Assembly (NCBI GenBank): GCA_011109175.1
Contig: RDEW01000002.1
Span: 872,676 to 905,675 of the forward strand
Length of the DNA stretch: 33,000 nt
Reading direction: 5' to 3'
Source of the DNA: Dicyema japonicum
Lineage: Eukaryota > Animalia > Dicyemida
Shown here: in pieces, positions 10,400 through 20,860 of the stretch
Position numbering within the stretch: position 1 is the first letter of the stretch
Layout: each line of letters starts with the position of its first letter
Notes under the pieces: generated by a model
Seen by the model: the letters and a program-made list of their open reading frames with translations, nothing else
What the model was told of the DNA's origin: nothing
Database searches by the model: none
Translations under genes and position numbers: made by a program

Positions 10400-12110
10400 T
10401 TTCACTCTAGCAAATCCAACTGCCACTTCACTAACATTTCTAGCTCTCCTTCCATAGCTTCTTCCTTTACTTTCACGACAACTATTTCTCTTTAAGTCTC
10501 TTCAGTCATTTTCTATATGGTTAAAAAACTATCCTCACTTTCCATTGTCTCGTCATCTGAATCCCCAAAAATCTCATTAAAGAGGTCTATAGGATGATTT
10601 TCAAACTCATTTACAAAGATTTCCTACATAGTAAGAGACGAGTGATTGATTTTCTTGTAGTCTTCCTTTGAAATACGAGGTTCCTCTGCGGTTTCCTCAA
10701 ATAGATGGACGGAATTGTTGGCTTCCTTGCGTTTTCGATCTGTTTTCTCTTTTTCAACATTTTCAGTTTTAACGGGCATCAAATGAGCAAAGATTTTATG
10801 CTTTCCCAACATTTTCGCGCCACTTGCCACTAGAATAGAAATACAAACCACAACGAACTCTAGGTAAGGATTTGGCAAGTTGAAAAGCTTGCATACCACA
10901 TTATGAGGCACCCTCCTAATAACCGTCCGTTGTACGTCCTTCCAGCGAATTGATGGGAAAGGAATAGATGAGCATACCTTCCTCAGAGTTATCTCTTTAG
11001 ACTCGCCCTCGATAATATCACTGGGAAGATTATTCGCCCCGAATTTGATGGACCTAGCATCAGTAATCTCACTCAGTTTGTCTCCTGAAAATAAAAATTA
11101 AAGTAAAACCCAGGATCTCAGCTCTGCTGGCTGCATTATATAAAAATCGATATTTTTTGGTATCAGATTTACTTTCTTCCGACTCAAAACAACTCGCCCT
11201 TGGAAGACGGTAGTTTTTCTGAAGGTTGATAAATTCGTCTTCTCATCAGATGGCCAGCTTCCTTAAATCCCTAAATAATTTCTTTAAATCTTGGAATAAT
11301 CACAAAATTGACTTAATGGGGGATCCAGTCATCCAATTTGTCATGTTCTACGTCTTCCTCATCTCTAGCATCAAAATTGTAGTCATTCATCAAAGAAAAA
11401 AATATTATTTTCATAAAGTTCTAATGCTCCCACTCCAAAAGTCTATAATAATGTGTCCACCAATGTAGAAACCTGGCCCTCTGAAGACAAATATCTATCA
11501 CAATCGAGGCCTAGACGGAATTGGGCAGTTGTAATGTTAAGATCCTTATTTTTTATGGCAGAAACTGAAATTACGCTATATCCGAGGCCAAACAGGTTGT
11601 CCTTTATTGCAACACCGATGACTGGAATATCAGGGGGTCAAAATCACTGATTGATGGAAAAGGATCAAGTAGAGGACAGCATCCATATATCTTTACAGAA
11701 AATTGAATTTTAAGCAATTTTATGCCCTTTTGCATTACTCCATCAGAAACTGAGTAAAACATCAAAATATACAAGATTGTAGTCAGTTCAGTTATCACCC
11801 ATCGCCAGAATTATACTTTGTAAATTTAGCCTGATTGTACTCTTTTTTTGGTTTGAACTCTTCTTGGAGCTATCCCAAATTAGCCTTGATCCTCACCATC
11901 CATAAACGCTGACGCAAATTGGCTTTCTTTGATCTCGGAGAAATAAAGGTAGACGGGGCCCATCAGATCAGTGAAACCTACTATGAATACTCGATGGAAT
12001 CGATATCGTTCCTCTTTGTCTGTCACTTTCTAGTGTTATACTGCTGTAGGGAAATAGCGTTTCTCGATTCATGTGGATCCCTATTGATGCTTAAGGAATT
12101 GAGAAAGCAA
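10400..12110 (-). pseudogene. GPATCH1: Unprocessed pseudogene of G-patch domain-containing protein 1
   Basis: Collinear motifs matching GPATCH1 as recalled: RYRFHRVF, WAPSTFIS, FMDGEDQG*FGIAP, SVKIYGC, KDNLFGLGY, TFGVGALE, SRAEILG, PHNVVCKLFNLPNPY, DLFNEIFG. Multiple substitution stops and frameshifts; the G-patch is truncated after GIKLLK; a 25-nt intron is retained at 11085-11109. Confidence 0.85.
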
Positions 12111-12653
12111 AAAAAAGAAGGAATCCTTGTTAATGTAGGTGGAAGTGTAGGAATATAGCTCACAGTCAATCGTGAGTGAAAGCACTAACCACTTTATTAT
12201 TATCTAACATCGAAAAAGGAAACATTAAGAAAAAGGAGTTAAACCATCAATTAAGAAACTTCGACAGGAATGAGAGGTTTTTGCTGTGTTCCTTCATAGT
12301 ACCACAGCTTTTCTGAATCCAATCGTTACTTTTAATAAGAATTTGGAGAGACGTGGGTTTTTTCTCAAATTTACGTGATTTGCCGACTTCTATAGCTGAT
12401 TAGTAGAAAGATAAAATTCGGAGCTGCATAGTGATAAAGCTGAAATTATTGTTCAAGATTCTCACGTTGTCGAGTAATGGAGGAGTAGTTAAGGAGAGAA
12501 ATTGATAATGTTAACTATATTTCTACAATTAAAGATATTTAATAAAAATGGTAATGAAATATCTTTTATCATAAATATTTAATATATAATTAAATAAAAC
12601 TATAAAAATAAAAATTTAAATAAATAAAATTTACCTAATAAAATTTAGATTAC

Positions 12654-13961
12654 ATGAACAGAACTATTCATTATATCATAATCATTCTGTTTAGCAAAAT
12701 AGTCAAAATAAAATGTGATAAGAGATATATATTAATTGATTCATATGTAATTTATAAGAATCCTTCTATAGTATATATTTCGTTAACTTTAGGAATATAG
12801 TTTATCAAAGTTATATAGCGATAGACATATAGATGTATGGGAGACTAAAGGTATGGATATGTTTTTTACACTGACATAAAATTTAAACTTATTCCATACT
12901 TCTACAATGAGTTTTATACTATTGACTTAGTAACAGAAATTGATTATGGTACGTTTTTTGTTGTACTTAAGGTGGTAAGCGATATACTAATATCACAAAG
13001 ATTCCTAAAACTAAATATGGGGATTACTACCGATGTGGTTATGCTTATTTTAGTTTTTCGAATAATATATCTGTTACATTTATTCAATCAAGTTGCAATA
13101 TCACAATAAAATAGCTTGTATTATTTTACTCGAAAAGGTTTTTACTAAAATTTATTTAGCTAATGACTGTAACCCAAATAATGACCCAAATACGCCTATT
13201 TGGTTTTTATTCAACCAAAATAGAATCCGAGCAGTAATAAGTGGAATTATCAAAATATCATATATTGACAATAACGAATTGTACACGTTTGCATTGATTC
13301 TTAGATAACAGATGAACATTTCAGTGATTATTACTATAATGTCTTAACACATAATTATAGTGACAATAAATATATATTGTACGTGATTATTCTAAAATAT
13401 CTATTACGGCGTATAAACAATATGGAATGAAAATCGTATTAATAGATTTTCTGTTTGTGTTGGGTATAAAAAATATAAATGTGTTTCACTTAAAAAGCAA
13501 TTTAAACAAATTAAAATGGGAGGATATAATCACTGTGGATCCATCTCACAAAACTATAAAAATGTGTCTATCGAAATTTCATCTTTAAAATTACAATTTT
13601 TCCGTGATGATTTGATTTTTGAATTTATTGGAGATGGTAAATAAATCCGACTGAATTTTAGATGAAGGATGCTTTGAAACACAATCATCTACTGAAATTA
13701 AAGACAAAAAAACCACGATTAAACATCATTATGTTGCAGATGGTTACTAAATTCGACTGAATTTTAGATAAAATAGGTTTTGAAGAACTAATTTCGTCTG
13801 AAAGTAAAGCAGTAAAAAAATTGACGAAAAATCAAATAATTGGAATCGTGTGTGGAGTTGTTGGACTAATATTCATATGTGTCATTGTCGCTGTTTTTAT
13901 CAAACTGAGATCACATACTGAAATACAGGAAAACATTGCATTATTCTCTCGAACTAACTAA
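12654..13961 (+). CDS. Type I membrane protein with two LAMP-like domains (multi-exon; at least two apparent 1-nt frame problems, possibly pseudogene or assembly error)
   Basis: Signal-like N-terminus; 22-25 nt GT-AG introns; GDYYRCG and GGYNHCG...SIEISSLKLQFFRDD...FIGDDEGC parallel the 8252-8987 protein; TM helix IIGIVCGVVGLIFICVIVAVFI and a short tail. Frame does not close near 12850 and 13285-13310. Confidence 0.65.
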
Positions 13962-14654
13962 TTTTAATTCGCATCCCGTCTTCAATTTATTTGAATTTAT
14001 TTAATTATTTGAACTAAGTCGATATTCGAAAAACTTACAAAATTTGAATTTTGTCAATTGTAACAAAGTATTTATGCCTAAATTTGGCATCGGAAGCCCC
14101 CTTGTTCAACATAAAAGATCCTTGGCTAACAGGGGACGATCAATTCGTCGAATCTGATAAATAATGAACATGTCCCCAAGCATAATTATTCTATAATCAA
14201 TATTCCGGACATACTAGCAAGACAACAATTTTCTAATTTATAATATAGGCTGCCTTTACAGTCCACTTCGCTCAAATTAAATTAAATTTGTGTGCCAAAA
14301 TAGCTTGTAGGATTATGAATAGTTATTTTTTATTATTTCAAGACCAATGTAGAAACCCATAACTATTTAAACGACTAGCCAAAGCCATAAATTAAGATCA
14401 GCAACGGAAATTAGTTCACTAAACAAAAATTTCAGAAATGATAAATTTAACTCAGATCTAAAACCGGTAATTTTGTTTCGAATAAAATGAGAAATCAGAT
14501 TATTTTTCCTAATCGCTAACAAATCGGAAAGTTTGATGAAGACAATACAGGGGTCAACTCAGTTCGCCTTAGATTTCTACATCACACAGGTCAGTTCGCC
14601 TTAGATTTCTTAGTGGTTTGAGGAGCAGCGTCCATTTTTTGTTGTCGCTATTTA

Positions 14655-14850
14655 TTAGCTTTTTGAATTCTCTCGTTTTGCAAAGACGAGTAAAGATGAA
14701 TAGCTAATCACCGCATGATCGTTCGTGACGAAACCAAAATTGATCTTTTCTGGCATTGTCCTATTTTTCCAGAAGATATGAAGACCTCCAAAAGACATTT
14801 TTACATTATTTTTGACAGCTTTTATTGCCATCATCAACTTTTCTAGGAAA
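14655..14850 (-). mobile_element. Degenerate LINE RT fragment
   Basis: Nucleotide similarity to 23870-23990 (ACCGCATGATCGT...GACGAAACC.AAATT.ATC), which lies in a recognisable RT. Confidence 0.5.
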
Positions 14851-14859
14851 TCTCTATTA

Positions 14860-15530
14860 ATGCTGTTTCTCCGACAATGGTTCTTAACAAGATTCTCCGC
14901 CATGAAATTATAGCTCACTTAAATATGAATGAAATTATTAAGAGTATGAATGAATATAATGCACCAATCAAAGAATGCATTGATTCTTTGCCTATATTAA
15001 ATATTAATATATCACTGATATCTTATCTGCCAGACAGTGCACTTATGAAGCTCTTACGGAAAATAACACTAAAAGTAGTTGATAAGAGAAAAGAACAGGA
15101 TAATTAATTTGACTAAAAATGTGTAATTCCTTGTGCACATTGCAATAAAATCGAAGATGGAGAATTCGATAGGGTTGGTTATATATTCGATTGTTGACTA
15201 AAAATTGCGATTTCATGAAATCAAGAAAAGATTTAGAAGAGCCACCTGGTGCTTCGAATTGAATAAAAGACGATTTATTCAAAATTATGGAGATAATAAG
15301 AGAGCAGTCCTTAATTTCATAGCAGGAATTTTTCCTTTTTGGAGTAACATTTGGAATTTGGTTCAGCTATAGAAAAGTAATTTCTTGATTAGCAAAAAAG
15401 TGACCGGGTTAGATAACTTTTTGTTTATTAACGAAGAAGGAAATTACTGATACTACAAGTCTGCTTCCAAATTGGAAGGCATCTGGTTATGGATTGACGT
15501 TTACGTTAATAGCATTACAGTTATTTACAA
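14860..15530 (+). mobile_element. Degenerate N-terminal fragment of an R4/Dong-like element related to 26191-28890
   Basis: RRATWCFELNKRRF...FWSNIWN aligns with RRANWCFELNRRRF...FWTTIWN of the 26160 ORF and extends further 5' than that copy. Confidence 0.75.
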
Positions 15531-16199
15531 AATCGAGTAAACAATCGCTAAATTTTCACTATAACAAAGTTATTTTAATTTTTAGTTAACTTTGTTATTA
15601 TAACTTGACTAATTTAAATATTTAAAAAAATTTGACCATAAGCCAAATTTTCTCCATTTAACAAAATTAATCCAAAATATCTTTAAGCGGAGGTATGTTG
15701 CTATATGATTCCCTATGCGATTATTAATCATGGATAGAGACAAGTCTGAGAGCAAGAGAGAGGGATTCCCGACTATCGATTAAAATGTAGATTAATGCCT
15801 TGTTTAATGAAAATAAATTTAGACACTATTGAAATCTGTAAATTCAACGAAACCGACAGCAGAGTCCCAAAAAGCCTAAGAATACTAAAGATAATATCAG
15901 AAGAGGTCGAAGTCCAGTGAAAAGGTGTTAACATACTCTGAATCAATTATACATAAAAAGACTGTGTTATCAAATGCTAGCCCAATTAAAGTATTATTGA
16001 GATAACGACAGAAGTCAATCATTAATGACACTTTGTCAATCAAAAACGACAATAGTCAATTAATACGATACTGGACCAGAATTTTCTTCACTTTCATTAC
16101 AGTGAACAATTATAACTACATTCTCTTATCATAAAGTCATTAAAACCCATTCCATAGCTACTAGCCACATTCCCTTAACCAGTCATTTGAATAGAGAAA

Positions 16200-16800
16200 T
16201 TGCATATGAAAAGATAATATACACGGAGAAATGATCAGATATGCTCTCATGGAGCTAATAGTTCTTATAACAAATATATTCAACTCCTTATTTGAAGCAA
16301 ATTCTCTTTGAAGTTTAGAGATTGGATTTTCCTTTCAAAAACCAAGAAAGAACAAAAGACCATCACAAAATCTGAGGCCGGTGATATTACTGAGAACAAT
16401 AAGGAAGATACTATCTCTTATTGTCCTCAACTGAATATCTTAGGGACTCTCAGAAAAAAAGTAGAGAAATTGTTGTCTCCAGGACAGAGCGGATTCAGTA
16501 GGGGACGCTTCTACTGCTGATGCTGTCTCATACTACAAGTGGATTTGTGCCCTATGCCAACGAGAATTCAAAGTCTGGAAGTTGATATGTCTAGTGCCTT
16601 TGACGCTCGACAGAAGATTATTGCTGAATGTTACTGGAAGTTTCCTTGATGAAGACTTGAACTGTTATTGGAAGTTTCCTTGATGAAGACTTGAACTGTT
16701 ATTGGAAGTTTCCTTGATGAAGACTTGAACTGTTATTGAAGTTTCCTTGATGAAGACTTACGTTAGTAATATGTTTAAATTGGCAATTGAGAATTAATGC
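16200..16800 (+). mobile_element. Degenerate RTE-like RT fragment
   Basis: QNLRPVILLRTIRKILSLIVL, LSPGQSGFSRGR, VDMSSAFD and FLDED in broken frames. Boundaries approximate. Confidence 0.75.
16631..16759 (+). repeat. Tandem repeat, 34-bp unit x ~3.8
   Basis: TTATTGGAAGTTTCCTTGATGAAGACTTGAACTG repeated head-to-tail starting at 16631, 16665, 16699 and 16733, with no spacers. Confidence 0.95.
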
Positions 16801-17358
16801 CACTTACTGGCAAAAATCGTACTTTTGCAATTTGTCAACATCCACGTATTTCAATGATTGTTGGGAAAAGATTTCGACTTTGATCAGCGTGATGATGTCC
16901 ATTTTATCTAAAACGAGAATATTCAAATTTTTTTTGTTCCTCGTATCCACGGTCACAAAATCTTGGATTTGATCACGAAAATAGGTAAAAATATATTTTT
17001 AGTATAAAATCAAGCTCAGAGACATTTATGGTCGATTCTCGCGTGATTTAGTCGTTATCATGATGCCATTTGGCTACTCGATTAAAATTTTCTTTTCTCC
17101 CCTTTTCTACTTGAGTGGCATCAAGTGATACCAGGGTGGCACGAAAGGGATCAATTGCTCACTCCCACTCCACTAGAGAGTTTTCCACAACTGCAAGGAA
17201 TGGAATCTTCTGCCTTTTATGCTGGCTACGGATAGACTTGTGTGACATTGGAAGGACTCTGTTTCTGTGACAGTGGGATTAATTGTTAACTTCTTTCTCG
17301 TGGGGGTTAGAAAAAATCGAAAATTATTATCCCAGAATTAGTCAAAGCAAAGTTAGTA

Positions 17359-18706
17359 TTAATGGTTAGTTGAGATAAAAATATAAGAGGGGGCGACATA
17401 ATAGAGATTAGATTGCTGGTACACATGATTAGAATCTCTCCCAACTGCGATAAGTAAGAATCTATATATTAATAACCGGTTTCTGAGCAAGAAATTTAAT
17501 CTCCTAAAATTTGTGTGAATAGTGAATGGAATAATCATTTTCGTGGCATCAACTTTAGTTTCTTTATAAATCCAAAATTTTTTCACTAAAATATTATTAA
17601 TTTAAAATACAAATTTGTATTTTTTTAATAAACAAAAAAATAAATTTTTATTGTCACATTTTTGTTAAATTCTGTTTTGTTGAAGTACGCAGTGATGTGG
17701 CCAGTAGCCATATTGTTGAATTCGTGCCGAATTGAGTCATTCACAAATAAATTATATTTATCTAATATTGAATTCAAATATACAAAGTCTGCACATTTTG
17801 ACCACTTTGAAGGAACTTGAGGGCGCTATGATTTAAGTTACAAAAGTGCAACATTTTGTGTAATGAGAACGCAGGAATACCCCAATTCGGTACCACTGAC
17901 AGTAGTAGCCAGCCAAATATGTTTGTGTAAAGTCAAATTCGTATGTGTTCTCAATAAAAAGACGTCTTTTATATTTCTTAGCACTTGAACTCGTCGTTTC
18001 CGACTACTATGAATTACATTTACGTACAATGTTGTATTCGCCCATGACTGATGTGATTGTAAGCGAAATATTGATTTCATCGTTGAAGTCCTGATTTGGA
18101 CTGGAGAGAATATATTTTGTGGAATTATTCGTTTTAATGCACGAAGCGGTCACTTTTACAAATATTTTGGTGGTTAAATCAATTCTTTGGAGTGAAAATG
18201 CATCGATGAGCATATAAGTCATTTCTAAATGCCAATCTCAGTTACTTTGATTGCAAAACTTTGTACAACGTGTAAATACAGTAGTTTTGTGTGTCGTTGG
18301 AAGATAGGGTCACTTGGGCACAAAAGAATTTCAAGTCATCACAATTTTGGGCTTCTCTTAGTGGCAGGATTTCAGTGAATTCATACAGATTATATTTGAT
18401 TTCTAGTATTTTAATAATCGGGAACTATTAGTGAGTACTTCTCTGTACTTTGGGATCTTTAAGTCCGCAAATTCTGAGTTTCTCTTTTCGAAGCTAGCGT
18501 TTGTGTTGTCGTTGGAAAAATAAATTTTAATCGAGTCTATCGTTTCAGTGGTATTTTGGTCGATTAAAATCCTCACATCTGCTTTATTGGGTTTATAGTC
18601 AGTGAGAATGAACTCGTATTCTGTATCCAACTCCAATTCTAGTTTATGTTCACAAATTACCCTTTATTTTGAAAGTTGTTATTAATTGGAACAGTAAGAG
18701 ACTCAT
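17359..18706 (-). CDS. Multi-exon gene for an unknown, probably secreted protein
   Basis: ATG 18706 with signal-like MSLLLFQLITTFKIK; ORF-track segments are linked by 21-27 nt GT-AG introns; many N-x-S/T sites. One junction near 18225-18245 and the 3' end do not close cleanly. Confidence 0.55.
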
Positions 18707-19689
18707 TGCTAATTTGTTAGAATTTACTATTTAAGGGGACGATTTTATTTATTTGGAGAGGGCATTGCCGATATATTGATATTGAGTTAATGGCAGTTAA
18801 ATTAAATCATTCAAAAGACCAAGGGTAATCTGAACTACCAATTACTTGATTCTGACGTGTTCCAGCAGAACCCTCACCCAACCAGAGTGATCCATGGCTT
18901 TGTCCAAGGGAGATAAGGTCGATTCCAGAACTCGTCGGGAGCGAAATTTTCTCCAGGTAGAATAAATAGATGAATCCTTTTGAGTGACAGTCAGGTATTT
19001 GGCATCTCCTGAGTAAGTGGATCCAATGACTTCACTAGAGAGAAAGAAAAGAAATCTTCAATCAAGTAGCCATATGGCACCACGTGGATATTACATATTG
19101 GTAAAACATTATCATACGAAAAGACATGACTTGTGAAAGTCAAAGGACTCCATTATGACCTGAAGACATTGAGCATGTATGGGTTATCTCTCATTATCAC
19201 AACCCCAATGATCTGGAAGAACCATCGTGTCATTCTAGGCTATCTTCTGCTATCCTGCAAGCCGCTAATCAACCTGATAATCGTTGAAGCTAGCGGAAGC
19301 ATGTCAAACGTCTCAACAGAGATCGGACGGAAGACGAACTGATTTCCAGTACTACGGTATTTATTCTTTTAGGAGTATTTGGTAGTAGTTGCGAACCAGT
19401 GCATAACGATGAATTGAACAGATTCGCATTTGAGAAAGTATCTGTGCATGTTGAATCCCAAAAGGCACATCCCTTCACCTCTGCAAGTCCACAGGCTGGA
19501 GTGACATGGAATCTCCTGGAGCTCTGTCTGCATGACAGCGGATGTAGTCCTTTCCTATAATTGGCATCGGTGTTCCAAGCAAACACGAGGTCTAGCCTAA
19601 GAGCAATCCCAACAAGATAGTATCCAGCTGAGTACCGACAACGTGAATCGGCAAGGCATTGAGCCAAGATATCGAATTCTTGCAGAAAA

Positions 19690-20720
19690 TATTGTAAGTC
19701 TCAATCCTAAAGAATAAATTTCAAGTATAAGACCTAAATGGAATTATTCAAAAGATCACAAGTACAGACCAGAAATGGACAACTACGTGACCTCGACACA
19801 TTCCAACAGAACTCTCAGCATGACTCGATATTCCCTCCTGAGTTCACACAACTTGTAATAGGCAGAGTCACGCCGGGATGTTTGATAGCAAACGTTTCTC
19901 TCCAGTGATCCATTCAAGAAATTATGGAAAGGATTCGTCTAATAAGAAATCACGTTAGACAATCTAATAAGGCGTTTACACTGAGGTTTCAGCGTTGACG
20001 ATAAGCTCATACGTGCGACAAACCAGTTTAATTTTCTAGAAACGGTGATTTAATCAATTATTTTTAACACTTAATAACGAGCTTGATCTCATTGGATGAC
20101 CAAAACTAGCTGATTTATTATTAGTACGTCATTACTTGACATGTTATACACATAAGTATTGATTCTATCATTTTATAAAGTTATCTATCCTACATAAGTG
20201 CATCTACGTCTTATAGCAAGTTAAGATGGAATCTGATTTCGCTAATGAGGTTATTAACAGTAATGATTTGATTAAAATTACCCTTAAACGACGAAATACT
20301 AGCTTCATATGGGGGTTCACGATCGCTGGGGGGAGGGAGTTTAACAAACCAATTTACATAATTAAAGTAATTGGTTTTATCTATCAAAGCTAATTCCGAG
20401 GAGTTTGGCTGACCGGAGTGGATTGGAGTTGGGGGATGTGATTGTAGCAATTGGCCAATATCACACAATAAATGCGACTTTATCAGCAGCAAAGGCAGAA
20501 ATTCTAAGAGCGGGAAACGACATAACATTTTTGGTTAAAAAGTCAATTTCTGTAAAAAATATTATATTAGGAGAATAATTGATATAAAAGATAAATCATA
20601 TGGAATTGTTCCTCTTTCATATAAAAGTCATCCCAAAGTATTCAACGGCGACATCAAAGATAAACCAGCCACTCAGTCGAAATCTTTCCTATTGCTCCAA
20701 TCAATGTTTCCTGGTATGAA
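19690..20720 (-). pseudogene. Probable degenerate CDC48-family AAA+ ATPase (NVL/SPATA5-like)
   Basis: Decayed motifs in order: PG..TLIGAIG (Walker A region), SPNIIFFTEIDFL (Walker B), ATITSPNSNPLRS...FDR (SRH), LPPPSDRE; weaker traces of a second AAA domain near 19750-19920. Many stops. Confidence 0.5.
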
Positions 20721-20860
20721 AAATGAATTTAATATTAAAGATTCTGAAAGTTTATGAACAATTTACTTTAATATTTATTAATAAAAAGTAATTATATTAA
20801 TTATTAATCGCTATAATAAATAAAACCGCCACAAAAAATGTTATTTTAGTTGACTCGGAA

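Noticed and set aside
10560-11000. PAF1 or LEO1 homolog (EIFGDSDDE, FAHLMPV)
   Set aside because: Many more collinear motifs match GPATCH1.
16631-16759. CRISPR-like array
   Set aside because: Repeats are contiguous with no spacers, derive from RT coding sequence, and no cas genes are present.
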